Shown in pieces: positions 1 through 15,000 of a stretch of 64,000 nt of DNA. The position numbers were made by a program, and so were the translations under genes. The notes beneath the pieces are model-generated. The model ran no database searches, was not told the origin of the DNA, and saw nothing but the letters and a program-made list of their open reading frames with translations. The stretch covers positions 608,001 to 672,000 of the forward strand of contig OZ255726.1 in assembly GCA_965277405.1 (NCBI GenBank), given 5' to 3'. This stretch comes from Gammaproteobacteria bacterium. Its GTDB lineage: Bacteria > Pseudomonadota > Gammaproteobacteria > G965277405. Numbering within the stretch: position 1 is the stretch's first letter; each line of letters begins with the position of its first letter.

Positions 1-3000
1 CGTTGGCATACCTGTTAGCTGACAAGTTGCTGTATCATCTACTATGGTGGCAACTGCCAGCTGCAAACCACCAATTAGCTGTGGAGCAACATCACAGCTT
101 GTCACCGCACCGCCTGCGTTGCCAAAATCAACAGCTGCTATCGCTGTGTTGATGGTGTATATCCGCGGGCTTGGGGTTGCTAGCGCTGGGATATTATCGT
201 TCACCGTGATGCTGATAGCTGCGCTGCTAGTGCCGCCGCTATTCGTCGCTGTTATTGTATACGTTATCGCGTCTTCTTGCAGTGCCGTTGGCATACCTGT
301 TAGCTGACAAGTTGCTGTATCATCTACTATGGTGGCAACTGCCAGCTGCAAACCACCAATTAGCTGTGGAGCAACATCACAGCTTGTCACCGCACCGCCT
401 GCGTTGCCAAAATCAACAGCTGCTATCGCTGTGTTGATGGTGTATATCCGCGGGCTTGGGGTTGCTAGCGCTGGGATATTATCGTTCACCGTGATGCTGA
501 TAGCTGCGCTGCTAGCACCGCCGCTATTCGTCGCTGTTATTGTATACGTTATCGGTTCTTCTTGCAGTACGGTTGGAGTGCCTGTTAGCTGACAAGTTGC
601 TGGATCTGCTATGGTGGCAAGCTGCAAGTCACTAGGTAGCGGTGTTGAAACATCACAGCTTGTTACCGCACCGCCTGTGTTGCCAAAATCAACAGCTGCT
701 ATCGGCGTGTTGATGGTGTATATCCGCGGGCTTGGGGTTGCTAGCTCTGGGATATTATCGTTCACCGTGATGCTGATAGCTGCGCTGCTAGTGCCGCCGC
801 TATTCGTCGCGGTGATGGTATACGTTATCGGTTCTTCTTGCAGGGTGGTTGGCGTACCTGTTAGCTGGCAACTAGCTCCGTCTGGCGTTTTCTTAAGTGT
901 TAAACCATCAGGCCATGCTGCGCTATTATCCCCGCCTACTTCGCAACTTGTCACCGCACCGCCTGTGTTGCCAAAATCAACAGCTGCTATCGCTGTGTCT
1001 ATTGTGTAATGCTGCGGACTGGGACTTACTAACGCTGGGATATTATCATTCACCGTGATGGTTATCGCTGCGTTGCTAGTGCCGCCGCTATTCGTCGCGG
1101 TGATGGTATACGTTATCGGTTCTTCTTGCAGTACGGTTGGAGTGCCTGTTAGCTGACAAGTTGCTGGATCTGCTATGGTGGCAAGCTGCAAACCACCAAC
1201 TAGCGGCGGTACAACGCCACAGCTTGTCACCGCACCGCCTGTGTTGCCAAAATCAACAGCTGCTATCGCTGTGTTGATGGTGTATATCCGCGGGCTTGGA
1301 TTTACTAGCTCTGGGATATTATCGTTCACCGTGATGCTGATATCTGCGCTGCTAGTGCCGCCGCTATTCGTCGCGGTGATGGTATACGTTATCGGTTCTT
1401 CTTGCAGTGTGGTTGGTATTCCTGTTAGCTGACAAGTTGCTGGATCTGCTATGGTGGCAAGCTGCAAACCACCAACTAGCGGCGGTACAACGCCACAGCT
1501 TGTTACCGCACCGCCTGTGTTGCCAAAATCAACAGCTGCTATCGGCGTGTTGATGGTGTATATCCGCGGGCTTGGATTTACTAGCTCTGGAATATTATCG
1601 TTCACCGTGATGGTTATCGCTGCGTTGCTAGTGCCGCCGCTATTCGTCGCTGTTATTGTATGTGTTATCGGATCTTCTTGCAGTACGGTTGGAGTGCCTG
1701 TTAGCTGACAAGTTGCTGGATCTGCTATGGTGGCAAGCTGCAAACCACTAGGTAGCGGTGTTGAAACATCACAGCTTGTCACGCCACCGCCTGTGTTGCC
1801 AAAATCAACAGTTGGTATCACTGTGTTGATGGTGAATGACTGCGGGCTGGGGCTGACTAGCTCTGGGATATTATCGTTCACCGTGATGCTGATAGCTGCG
1901 CTGCTAGTGCCGCCGCTATTCGTCGCGGTGATGGTATACGTTATAGCGTCTTCTTGCAGCGTGGTTGGTATTCCTGTTAGCTGACAAGTTGCTGGATCTG
2001 CTATGTTGACAAGCTGCAAACCACCAATTAGCTGTGGAGCAACATCACAGCTTGTCACCGCACCGCCTGCGTTGCCAAAATCAACAGCTGCTATCGGCGT
2101 GTTGATGGTGTATATCCGCGGGCTTGGATTTACTAGCTCTGGAATATTATCGTTCACCGTGATGGTTATCACTGCGTTGCTAGTGCCGCCGCTATTCGTC
2201 GCTGTTATTGTATACGTTATCGGTTCTTCTTGCAGTGCGGTTGGCGTACCTGTTAGCTGACAAGTTGCTGGATCTGCTATGGTGGCAAGCTGCAAACCAC
2301 TAGGTAGCGGTGCTGAAACATCACAGCTTGTTACCGCACCGCCTGCGTTGCCAAAATCAACAGCTGCTATCGGTGTGTTGATGGTGTATATCCGCGGGCT
2401 GGGGCTGACTAGCTCTGGGATATTATCGTTCACCGTGATGCTGATATCTGCGCGGCTAGTGCCGCCGCTATTCGTCGCGGTGATGGTATACGTTATAGCG
2501 TCTTCTTGCAGTGTGGTTGGAGTTCCTGTTAGTTGACAAGTTGCTGGATCTGCTATGGTGGCAAGCTGCAAACCACTAGGTAGCGGTGTTGAAACATCAC
2601 AGCTTGTTACCGCACCGCCTGTGTTGCCAAAATCAACAGCTGCTATCGGCGTGTTGATGGTGTATATCCGCGGGCTTGGGGTTGCTAGCGCTGGGATATT
2701 ATCGTTCACCGTGATGCTGATATCGGCGCTGCTAGTGCCGCCGCTATTCGACGCTGTTATTGTATACGTTGCCTCTTCTTCATGCAGTGCGGTTGGGGTT
2801 CCTGTTATCTGGCAACTAGCTCCGTCTGTCGTTTTCTTAAGTGTTAAACCATCAGGCCATGCTGCGCTATTATCCCCGCCTACTTCGCAACTTGTCACCG
2901 CACCACCTGTGTTGCCAAAATCAACAGCTGCTATCGCTGTGTTGATGGTGTATATCCGCGGGCTTGGATTTACTAGCTCTGGGATATTATCGTTCACCGT

Positions 3001-6000
3001 GATGCTGATATCTGCGCTGCTAGTGCCGCCGCTATTCGTCGCGGTGATGGTATACGTTATCGGTTCTTCTTGCAGTGCGGTTGGTATTCCTGTTAGCTGA
3101 CAAGTTGCTGGATCTGCTACGGTGGCAAGCTGCAAACCACCAACTAGCTGTGGCGCAACATCACAGCTTGTTACCGCTCCGCCTGTGTTGCCAAAATCAA
3201 CAGCTGCTATCGGCGTGTTGATGGTGTATATCCGCGGGCTGGGGGTTGCTAGCGCTGGGATATTATCGTTCACCGTGATGCTGATATCGGCGCTGCTAGT
3301 GCCGCCGCTATTCGTCGCTGTTATTGTATACGTTGCCTCTTCTTCATGCAGTGCGGTTGGGGTTCCTGTTAGCTGGCAACTAGCTCCGTCTGGCGTTTTC
3401 TTAAGTGTTAAACCATCAGGCCATGCTGCGCTATTATCCCCGCCTACTTCGCAACTTGTCACCGCACCGCCTGTGTTGCCAAAATCAACAGCTGCTATCG
3501 CTGTGTCTATTGTGTAATGCTGCGGACTGGGACTTACTAACGCTGGGATATTATCATTCACCGTGATGCTGATAGCTGCGCTGCTAGTGCCGCCGCTATT
3601 CGACGCTGTGATTGTATACGTTGCCTCTTCTTCATGCAGTGCGGTTGGGGTTCCTGTTATTTGGCAACTAGCTCCGTCTGGCGTTTTCTTAAGTGTTAAA
3701 CCATCAGGCCATGCTGCGCTATTATCCCCGCCTACTTCGCAGCTTGTCACCGCACCACCTGTGTTGCCAAAATCAACAGCTGCTATCGCTGTGTTGATGG
3801 TGTATATCCGCGGGCTTGGATTTACTAGCTCTGGGATATTATCGTTCACCGTGATGCTGATATCTGCGCTGCTAGTGCCGCCGCTATTCGTCGCGGTGAT
3901 GGTATACGTTATCGGTTCTTCTTGCAGTGCGGTTGGTATTCCTGTTAGCTGACAAGTTGCTGGATCTGCTACGGTGGCAAGCTGCAAACCACCAACTAGC
4001 TGTGGCGCAACATCACAGCTTGTTACCGCTCCGCCTGTGTTGCCAAAATCAACAGCTGCTATCGGCGTGTTGATGGTGTATATCCGCGGGCTTGGATTTA
4101 CTAGCTCTGGAATATTATCGTTCACCGTGATGGTTATCGCTGCGTTGCTAGTGCCGCCGCTATTCGTCGCTGTTATTGTATACGTTATCGGTTCTTCTTG
4201 CAGTGTGGTTGGTATTCCTGTTAGCTGACAAGTTGCTGGATCTGCTATGTTGACAAGCTGCAAACCACCAACTAGCGGCGGTACAACACCACAACTTGTT
4301 ACCGCACCGCCTGTGTTGCCAAAATCAACAGCTGCTATCGGCGTGTTGATGGTGTATATCCGCGGGCTTGGATTTACTAGCGCTGGGATATTATCGTTCA
4401 CCGTGATGCTGATAGCTGCGCGGCTAGTGCCGCCGCTATTCGTCGCGGTGATGGTATACGTTATAGCGTCTTCTTGCAGGGTGGTTGGTATTCCTGTTAG
4501 CTGACAAGTTGCTGGATCTGCTATGGTGGCAAGCTGCAAACCACCAATTAGCTGTGGCGCAACATCACAGCTTGTCACCGCACCGCCTGTGTTGCCAAAA
4601 TCAACAGCTGCTATCGGCGTGTTGATGGTGTATATCCGCGGGCTTGGATTTACTAGCGCTGGGATATTATCGTTCACCGTGATGCTGATAGCTGCGCGGC
4701 TAGTGCCGCCGCTATTCGTCGCGGTGATGGTATACGTTATAGCGTCTTCTTGCAGGGTGGTTGGTATTCCTGTTAGCTGACAAGTTGCTGGATCTGCTAT
4801 GGTGGCAAGCTGCAAACCACCAATTAGCTGTGGCGCAACATCACAGCTTGTCACCGCACCGCCTGTGTTGCCAAAATCAACAGCTGCTATCGGCGTGTTG
4901 ATGGTGTATATCCGCGGGCTGGGGGTTGCTAGCTCTGGGATATTATCGTTCACCGTGATGCTGATATCGGCGCTGCTAGTGCCGCCGCTATTCGTCGCTG
5001 TGATGGTATACGTTGCCTCTTCTTCATGCAGTGCGGTTGGGGTTCCTGTTAGCTGGCAACTAGCTCCGTCTGGCGTTTTCTTAAGTGTTAAACCATCAGG
5101 CCATGCTGCGCTATTATCCCCGCCTACTTCGCAACTTGTCACCGCACCGCCTGCGTTGCCAAAATCAACAGCTGCTATCGGCGTGTTGATGGTGTATATC
5201 CGCGGGCTGGGGCTGACTAGCTCTGGGATATTATCGTTCACCGTGATGCTGATAGCTGCGCGGCTAGTGCCGCCGCTATTCGTCGCGGTGATGGTATACG
5301 TTATAGCGTCTTCTTGCAGGGTGGTTGGTATTCCTGTTAGCTGACAAGTTGCTGGATCTGCTATGTTGACAAGCTGCAAACCACCAACTAGCGGCGGTAC
5401 AACACCACAACTTGTTACCGCACCGCCTGCGTTGCCAAAATCAACAGCTGCTATCGGCGTGTTGATGGTGTATATCCGCGGGCTTGGGGTTGCTAGCGCT
5501 GGGATATTATCGTTCACCGTGATGCTGATATCTGCGCTGCTATCGCCGCCGCTATTCGTCGCGGTGATGGTATACGTTATCGGTTCTTCTTGCAGTACGG
5601 TTGGAGTACCTGTTAGCTGACAAGTTGCTGGATCTGCTATGGTGGCAAGCTGCAAGTCACTAGGTAGCGGTGCTGAAACGCCACAGCTTGTTACCGCACC
5701 GCCTGCGTTGCCAAAATCAACAGCTGCTATCGGCGTGTTGATGGTGTATATCCGCGGGCTTGGGGTTGCTAGCGCTGGGATATTATCGTTCACCGTGATG
5801 CTGATATCTGCGCTGCTAGTGCCGCCGCTATTCGTCGCGGTGATGGTATACGTTATAGCGTCTTCTTGCAGCGTGGTTGGTATTCCTGTTAGCTGACAAG
5901 TTGCTGGATCTGCTATGGTGGCAAGCTGCAAACCACCAACTAGCGGCGGTACAACGCCACAGCTTGTTACCGCACCGCCTGTGTTGCCAAAATCAACAGC

Positions 6001-9000
6001 TGCTATCGGCGTGTTGATGGTGTATATCCGCGGGCTTGGATTTACTAGCGCTGGGATATTATCGTTCACCGTGATGCTGATATCTGCGCTGCTAGTGCCG
6101 CCGCTATTCGACGCTGTGATTGTATACGTTGCCTCTTCTTCATGCAGTGCGGTTGGGGTTCCTGTTATCTGGCAACTAGCTCCGTCTGTCGTTTTCTTAA
6201 GTGTTAAACCATCAGGCCATGCTGCGCTATTATCCCCGCCTACTTCGCAACTTGTCACCGCACCACCTGTGTTGCCAAAATCAACAGCTGCTATCGCTGT
6301 GTCTATTGTGTAATGCTGCGGACTGGGACTTACTAACGCTGGGATATTATCATTCACCGTGATGCTGATAGCTGCGCTGCTAGTGCCGCCGCTATTCGAC
6401 GCTGTGATTGTATACGTTGCCTCTTCTTCATGCAGTGCGGTTGGGGTTCCTGTTATTTGGCAACTAGCTCCGTCTGGCGTTTTCTTAAGTGTTAAACCAT
6501 CAGGCCATGCTGCGCTATTATCCCCGCCTACTTCGCAACTTGTCACCGCACCACCTGTGTTGCTAAAGTTCACAGTTGGTATCGCTGTGTCTATTGTGTA
6601 ATGCTGCGGACTGGGACTTACTAACGCTGGGATATTATCGTTCACCGTGATGCTGATATCTGCGCTGCTAGTGCCGCCGCTATTCGTCGCGGTGATGGTA
6701 TACGTTGCCTCTTCTTCATGCAGTGCGGTTGGCGTTCCTGTTATTTGGCAACTAGCTCCGTCTGGCGTTTTCTTAAGTGTTAAACCATCAGGCCATGCTG
6801 CGCTATTATCCCCGCCTACTTCGCAGCTTGTCACCGCACCGCCTGTGTTGCTAAAGTTCACAGTTGGTATCGCTGTGTCTATTGTGTAATGCTGCGGGCT
6901 GGGGGTTGCTAGCTCTGGGATATTATCGTTCACCGTGATGCTGATATCGGCGCTGCTAGTGCCGCCGCTATTCGACGCTGTTATTGTATACGTTGCCTCT
7001 TCTTCATGCAGTGCGGTTGGGGTTCCTGTTATCTGGCAACTAGCTCCGTCTGGCGTTTTCTTAAGTGTTAAACCATCAGGCCATGCTGCGCTATTATCCC
7101 CGCCTACTTCGCAACTTGTCACCGCACCGCCTGTGTTGCTAAAGTTCACAGTTGGTATCGCTGTGTCTATTGTGTAATGCTGCGGACTGGGACTTACTAA
7201 CGCTGGGATATTATCGTTCACCGTGATGCTGATAGCTGCGCGGCTAGTGCCGCCGCTATTCGACGCTGTGATTGTATACGTTGCCTCTTCTTCATGCAGT
7301 GCGGTTGGGGTTCCTGTTATCTGGCAGCTAGCTCCGGCTGTCGTTTTCTTAAGTGTTAAACCATCAGGCCATGCTGCGCTATTATCCCCGCCTACTTCGC
7401 AGCTTGTCACCGCACCACCTGTGTTGCCAAAATCAACAGCTGCTATCGGCGTGTTGATGGTGTATATCCGCGGGCTTGGATTTACTAGCGCTGGGATATT
7501 ATCGTTCACCGTGATGCTGATATCTGCGCTGCTAGTGCCGCCGCTATTCGACGCTGTGATTGTATACGTTGCCTCTTCTTCATGCAGTGCGGTTGGGGTT
7601 CCTGTTATTTGGCAACTAGCTCCGTCTGGCGTTTTCTTAAGTGTTAAACCATCAGGCCATGCTGCGCTATTATCCCCGACTACTTCGCAACTTGTCACCG
7701 CACCGCCTGTGTTGCCAAAATCAACAGCTGCTATCGGCGTGTTGATGGTGTATATCCGCGGGCTTGGATTTACTAGCGCTGGGATATTATCGTTCACCGT
7801 GATGCTGATATCTGCGCTGCTAGTGCCGCCGCTATTCGTCGCGGTGATGGTATACGTTATCGGTTCTTCTTGCAGTACGGTTGGAGTGCCTGTTAGCTGA
7901 CAAGTTGCTGGATCTGCTATGGTGGCAAGCTGCAAGTCACTAGGTAGCGGTGTTGAAACATCACAGCTGGTTACCGCTCCGCCTGTGTTGCCAAAATCAA
8001 CAGCTGCTATCGGCGTGTTGATGGTGTATATCCGCGGGCTTGGGGTTGCTAGCGCTGGGATATTATCGTTCACCGTGATGCTGATAGCTGCGCGGCTAGT
8101 GCCGCCGCTATTCGTCGCGGTGATGGTATACGTTATCGGATCTTCTTGCAGTACGGTTGGCGTACCAGTTAGCTGACAAGTTGCTGGATCTGCTATGGTG
8201 GCAAGCTGCAAACCACTAGGTAGCGGTGCTGAAACATCACAGCTTGTTACCGCACCGCCTGTGTTGCCAAAATCAACAGCTGCTATCGGTGTGTTGATGG
8301 TGTATATCCGCGGGCTTGGGGTTGCTAGCTCTGGGATATTATCGTTCACCGTGATGCTGATATCTGCGCTGCTAGTGCCGCCGCTATTCGTCGCGGTGAT
8401 GGTATACGTTATAGCGTCTTCTTGCAGTACGGTTGGAGTGCCTGTTAGCTGACAAGTTGCTGGATCTGCTATGGTGGCAAGCTGCAAACCACCAACTAGC
8501 GGCGGTACAACGCCACAGCTGGTTACCGCACCGCCTGCGTTGCCAAAATCAACAGCTGCTATCGCTGTGTCTATTGTGTAATGCTGCGGGCTTGGGCTGA
8601 CTAGCTCTGGGATATTATCGTTCACCGTGATGCTGATATCTGCGCTGCTAGTGCCGCCGCTATTGAATCCAGTCACCGTATAGGTGGTTGCAACTTGCAG
8701 TGCCGTTGGCATACCTGTTAGCTGACAAGTTGCTGTATCATCTACTATGGTGGCAACTGCCAGCTGCAAACCACCAATTAGCTGTGGAGCAACATCACAG
8801 CTTGTCACCGCACCGCCTGCGTTGCCAAAATCAACAGCTGCTATCGGCGTGTTGATGGTGTATATCCGCGGGCTTGGATTTACTAGCTCTGGAATATTAT
8901 CGTTCACCGTGATGGTTATCGCTGCGTTGCTAGTGCCGCCGCTATTCGTCGCTGTTATTGTATACGTTATCGGTTCTTCTTGCAGTGCGGTTGGCGTACC

Positions 9001-12000
9001 TGTTAGCTGACAAGTTGCTGGATCTGCTATGGTGGCAAGCTGCAAACCACTAGGTAGCGGTGCTGAAACATCACAGCTTGTTACCGCACCGCCTGCGTTG
9101 CCAAAATCAACAGCTGCTATCGGTGTGTTGATGGTGTATATCCGCGGGCTGGGGCTGACTAGCTCTGGGATATTATCGTTCACCGTGATGCTGATAGCTG
9201 CGCTGCTAGTGCCGCCGCTATTCGACGCTGTGATTGTATACGTTGCCTCTTCTTCATGCAGTGCGGTTGGGGTTCCTGTTATTTGGCAACTAGCTCCGTC
9301 TGGCGTTTTCTTAAGTGTTAAACCATCAGGCCATGCTGCGCTATTATCCCCGCCTACTTCGCAACTTGTCACCGCACCACCTGTGTTGCTAAAGTTCACA
9401 GTTGGTATCGCTGTGTCTATTGTGTAATGCTGCGGACTGGGACTTACTAACGCTGGGATATTATCGTTCACCGTGATGCTGATATCTGCGCTGCTAGTGC
9501 CGCCGCTATTCGTCGCGGTGATGGTATACGTTGCCTCTTCTTCATGCAGTACGGTTGGCGTTCCTGTTATTTGGCAACTAGCTCCGTCTGGCGTTTTCTT
9601 AAGTGTTAAACCATCAGGCCATGCTGCGCTATTATCCCCGCCTACTTCGCAGCTTGTCACCGCACCGCCTGTGTTGCTAAAGTTCACAGTTGGTATCGCT
9701 GTGTCTATTGTGTAATGCTGCGGGCTGGGGGTTGCTAGCTCTGGGATATTATCGTTCACCGTGATGCTGATATCGGCGCTGCTAGTGCCGCCGCTATTCG
9801 ACGCTGTTATTGTATACGTTGCCTCTTCTTCATGCAGTGCGGTTGGGGTTCCTGTTATCTGGCAACTAGCTCCGTCTGGCGTTTTCTTAAGTGTTAAACC
9901 ATCAGGCCATGCTGCGCTATTATCCCCGCCTACTTCGCAACTTGTCACCGCACCGCCTGTGTTGCTAAAGTTCACAGTTGGTATCGCTGTGTCTATTGTG
10001 TAATGCTGCGGACTGGGACTTACTAACGCTGGGATATTATCGTTCACCGTGATGCTGATAGCTGCGCGGCTAGTGCCGCCGCTATTCGACGCTGTGATTG
10101 TATACGTTGCCTCTTCTTCATGCAGTGCGGTTGGGGTTCCTGTTATCTGGCAGCTAGCTCCGGCTGTCGTTTTCTTAAGTGTTAAACCATCAGGCCATGC
10201 TGCGCTATTATCCCCGCCTACTTCGCAGCTTGTCACCGCACCACCTGTGTTGCCAAAATCAACAGCTGCTATCGGCGTGTTGATGGTGTATATCCGCGGG
10301 CTTGGATTTACTAGCGCTGGGATATTATCGTTCACCGTGATGCTGATATCTGCGCTGCTAGTGCCGCCGCTATTCGACGCTGTGATTGTATACGTTGCCT
10401 CTTCTTCATGCAGTGCGGTTGGGGTTCCTGTTATTTGGCAACTAGCTCCGTCTGGCGTTTTCTTAAGTGTTAAACCATCAGGCCATGCTGCGCTATTATC
10501 CCCGACTACTTCGCAACTTGTCACCGCACCGCCTGCGTTGCCAAAATCAACAGCTGCTATCGGCGTGTTGATGGTGTATATCCGCGGGCTTGGATTTACT
10601 AGCTCTGGGATATTATCGTTCACCGTGATGCTGATATCTGCGCTGCTAGTGCCGCCGCTATTCGTCGCGGTGATGGTATACGTTATCGGATCTTCTTGCA
10701 GTACGATTGGAGTGCCTGTTAGCTGACAAGTTGCTGGATCTGCTATGGTGGCAAGCTGCAAACCACCAACTAGCGGCGGTACAACACCACAGCTTGTTAC
10801 CGCACCGCCTGCGTTGCCAAAATCAACAGCTGCTATCGGCGTGTTGATGGTGTATATACGCGGGCTTGGATTTGCTAGCGCTGGGATATTATCGTTCACC
10901 GTGATGCTGATATCTGCGCTGCTATCGCCGCCGCTATTCGTCGCGGTGATGGTATACGTTATCGGTTCATCTTGCAGGGCGGTTGGGGTTCCTGTTATCT
11001 GGCAACTAGCTCCGTCTGGCGTTTTTTTAAGTGTTAAACCATCAGGCCATGCTGCGCTATTATCCCCGCCTACTTCGCAACTTGTCACCGCACCGCCTGT
11101 GTTGCCAAAATCAACAGCTGCTATCGCTGTGTCTATTGTGTAATGCTGCGGACTGGGACTTACTAACGCTGGGATATTATCGTTCACCGTGATGCTGATA
11201 TCTGCGCTGCTAGTGCCGCCGCTATTCGTCGCTGTTATTGTATACGTTGTCGCGTCTTCATGCAGTGCGGTTGGGGTTCCTGTTATCTGGCAACTAGCTC
11301 CGTCTGGCGTTTTCTTAAGTGTTAAACCATCAGGCCATGCTGCGCTATTATCCCCGCCTACTTCGCAACTTGTCACCGCACCGCCTGTGTTGCTAAAGTT
11401 CACAGTTGCTATCGCTGTGTCTATTGTGTAATGCTGCGGACTGGGACTTACTAACGCTGGGATATTATCATTCACCGTGATGCTGATATCGGCGCTGCTA
11501 GTGCCGCCGCTATTCGACGCGGTGATTGTATACGTTGCCTCTTCTTCATGCAGTGCGGTTGGGGTTCCTGTTATTTGGCAACTAGCTCCGTCTGGCGTTT
11601 TTTTAAGTGTTAAACCATCAGGCCATGCTGCGCTATTATCCCCGCCTACTTCGCAACTTGTCACCGCACCGCCTGTGTTGCCAAAATCAACAGCTGCTAT
11701 CGCTGTGTCTATTGTGTAATGCTGCGGACTGGGACTTACTAACGCTGGGATATTATCGTTCACCGTGATGCTGATATCTGCGCTGCTAGTGCCGCCGCTA
11801 TTCGTCGCTGTTATTGTATACGTTGTCGCGTCTTCATGCAGTGCGGTTGGGGTTCCTGTTATCTGGCAACTAGCTCCGTCTGGCGTTTTCTTAAGTGTTA
11901 AACCATCAGGCCATGCTGCGCTATTATCCCCGCCTACTTCGCAACTTGTCACCGCACCGCCTGTGTTGCTAAAGTTCACAGTTGCTATCGCTGTGTCTAT

Positions 12001-15000
12001 TGTGTAATGCTGCGGGCTGGGGGTTGCTAGCGCTGGGATATTATCGTTCACCGTGATGCTGATATCTGCGCTGCTAGTGCCGCCGCTATTCGACGCTGTG
12101 ATTGTATACGTTGCCTCTTCTTCATGCAGTGCGGTTGGGGTTCCTGTTATTTGGCAACTAGCTCCGTCTGGCGTTTTCTTAAGTGTTAAACCATCAGGCC
12201 ATGCTGCGCTATTATCCCCGACTACTTCGCAACTTGTCACCGCACCGCCTGTGTTGCCAAAATCAACAGCTGCTATCGGCGTGTTGATGGTGTATATCCG
12301 CGGGCTGGGGGTTGCTAGCGCTGGGATATTATCGTTCACCGTGATGCTGATAGCTGCGCTGCTAGTGCCGCCGCTATTCGTCGCTGTTATTGTATACGTT
12401 ATCGGGTCTTCTTGCAGGGTGGTTGGCGTACCTGTTAGCTGACAAGTTGCTGGATCTGCTATGGTGGCAAGCTGCAAACCACCAACTAGCGGCGGTACAA
12501 CGCCACAGCTTGTTACCGCACCGCCTGCGTTGCCAAAATCAACAGCTGCTATCGGCGTGTTGATGGTGTATATCCGCGGGCTTGGATTTACTAGCGCTGG
12601 GATATTATCGTTCACCGTGATGCTGATAGCTGCGCGGCTAGTGCCGCCGCTATTCGTCGCGGTGATGGTATACGTTATCGGATCTTCTTGCAGTACGGTT
12701 GGCGTACCTGTTAGCTGACAAGTTGCTGGATCTGCTATGGTGGCAAGCTGCAAACCACTAGGTAGCGGTGCTGAAACATCACAGCTTGTTACCGCACCGC
12801 CTGTGTTGCCAAAATCAACAGCTGCTATCGCTGTGTTGATGGTGTATATCCGCGGGCTTGGGGTTGCTAGCTCTGGGATATTATCGTTCACCGTGATGCT
12901 GATAGCTGCGCGGCTAGTGCCGCCGCTATTCGTCGCGGTGATGGTATACGTTATAGCGTCTTCTTGCAGTGTGGTTGGTATTCCTGTTAGCTGACAAGTT
13001 GCTGGATCTGCTATGGTGGCAAGCTGCAAACCACCAACTAGCGGCGGTACAACGCCACAGCTTGTTACATCCCCACCAAGATTGCCAAAATCAACAGCTG
13101 CTATCGGCGTGTTGATGGTGTATATCCGCGGGCTGGGGGTTGCTAGCGCTGGGATATTATCGTTCACCGTGATGCTGATAGCTGCGCTGCTAGTGCCGCC
13201 GCTATTCGTCGCGGTGATGGTATACGTTATAGCGTCTTCTTGCAGTGTGGTTGGTATTCCTGTTAGCTGACAAGTTGCTGGATCTGCTATGGTGGCAAGC
13301 TGCAAACCACCAACTAGCGGTGGTGCAACACCACAGCTTGTTACCGCACCGCCTGTGTTGCCAAAATCAACAGCTGCTATCGGCGTGTTGATGGTGTATA
13401 TCCGCGGGTTTGGGGTTGCTAGCTCTGGGATATTATCGTTCACCGTGATGCTGATAGCTGCGCTGCTAGTGCCGCCGCTATTCGACGCTGTTATTGTATA
13501 CGTTGCCTCTTCTTCATGCAGTGCGGTTGGGGTTCCTGTTATCTGGCAACTAGCTCCGTCTGGCGTTTTCTTAAGTGTTAAACCATCAGGCCATGCTGCG
13601 CTATTATCCCCGCCTACTTCGCAGCTTGTCACCGCACCGCCTGTGTTGCCAAAATCAACAGCTGCTATCGGCGTGTTGATGGTGTATATCCGCGGGCTGG
13701 AGGTTGCTAGCTCTGGGATATTATCGTTCACCGTGATGCTGATATCTGCGCTGCTAGTGCCGCCGCTATTCGACGCTGTGATTGTATACGTTATCGGTTC
13801 TTCTTGCAGGGCGGTTGGCGTACCTGTTAGCTGACAAGTTGCTGGATCTGCTATGGTGGCAAGCTGCAAACCACTAGGTAGCGGTGCTGAAACATCACAG
13901 CTTGTTACCGCACCGCCTGCGTTGCCAAAATCAACAGCTGCTATCGGCGTGTTGATGGTGTATATCCGCGGGCTTGGATTTACTAACTCTGGGATATTAT
14001 CGTTCACCGTGATGCTGATATCTGCGCTGCTAGTGCCGCCGCTATTAGACGCTGTTATTGTATACGTTATAGCGTCTTCTTGCAGGGTGGTTGGTATTCC
14101 TGTTAGCTGACAAGTTGCTGGATCTGCTATGGTGGCAAGCTGCAAACCACCAACTAGCGGCGGTACAACGCCACAGCTTGTTACCGCACCACCTGTGTTG
14201 CCAAAATTCACAGCTGCTATCGCTGTGTTGATGGTGAATGGCTCCAAGATTGGGCTTGCTAACTCAGGGATATTAGCGGTCAATTCTGGACTACCACCGC
14301 TCAACTCTGGAATATCAGTATTCAATTCTGGAGTATCATAATTCAACTCTGGGATATCAGTATTCAATTCTGGGGTATCACTGTTTAATTCTGGGATATC
14401 AGCGATCAGTTCTGGGCTACCACCGCTCAACTCAGGGACATCACCGTTTAATTCTGGGATATCACCGTTCAACTCTGTGATATCACCGTTTAATTCAAGG
14501 ATATCACCGGTCAATTCTGGAATATCACCATTCAACTCTGGGGTATCATCATTCACAGTGATACTTATCGCTGCGCTACTAGCACCGCCGCTGTTGGATG
14601 CTGTCACCGTATGCGTAGTTGTAGCTTGCAACTGCGCTGCTGTTCCTATCATCAAACACGTTGCTGTATCAGCTATGATTGCAACAACAATCTGTAAACC
14701 TTCAGGTAGCTGTGGAGAAACTTCGCAGGTAACCACATCTCCGCCAATATTGCTAAAGTTCACAGCTGGTATCGCTGTGTTTATGGTGAATAGCTGATGG
14801 CTGGGACTTACTAATTCTGGGGTATCATCATTCAATTCTGGAATATGGCCGTTCAACTCTGGGGTATCATCATTCACAGTGATACTTATCTCTGCGTTAC
14901 TAGTGCCGCCGCTGTTGGATGCTGTCACCGTATGCGTAGTTGTAGCTTGCAACTGCGCTGCTGTTCCTATCATCAAACACGTTGCTGTATCAGCTATGAT

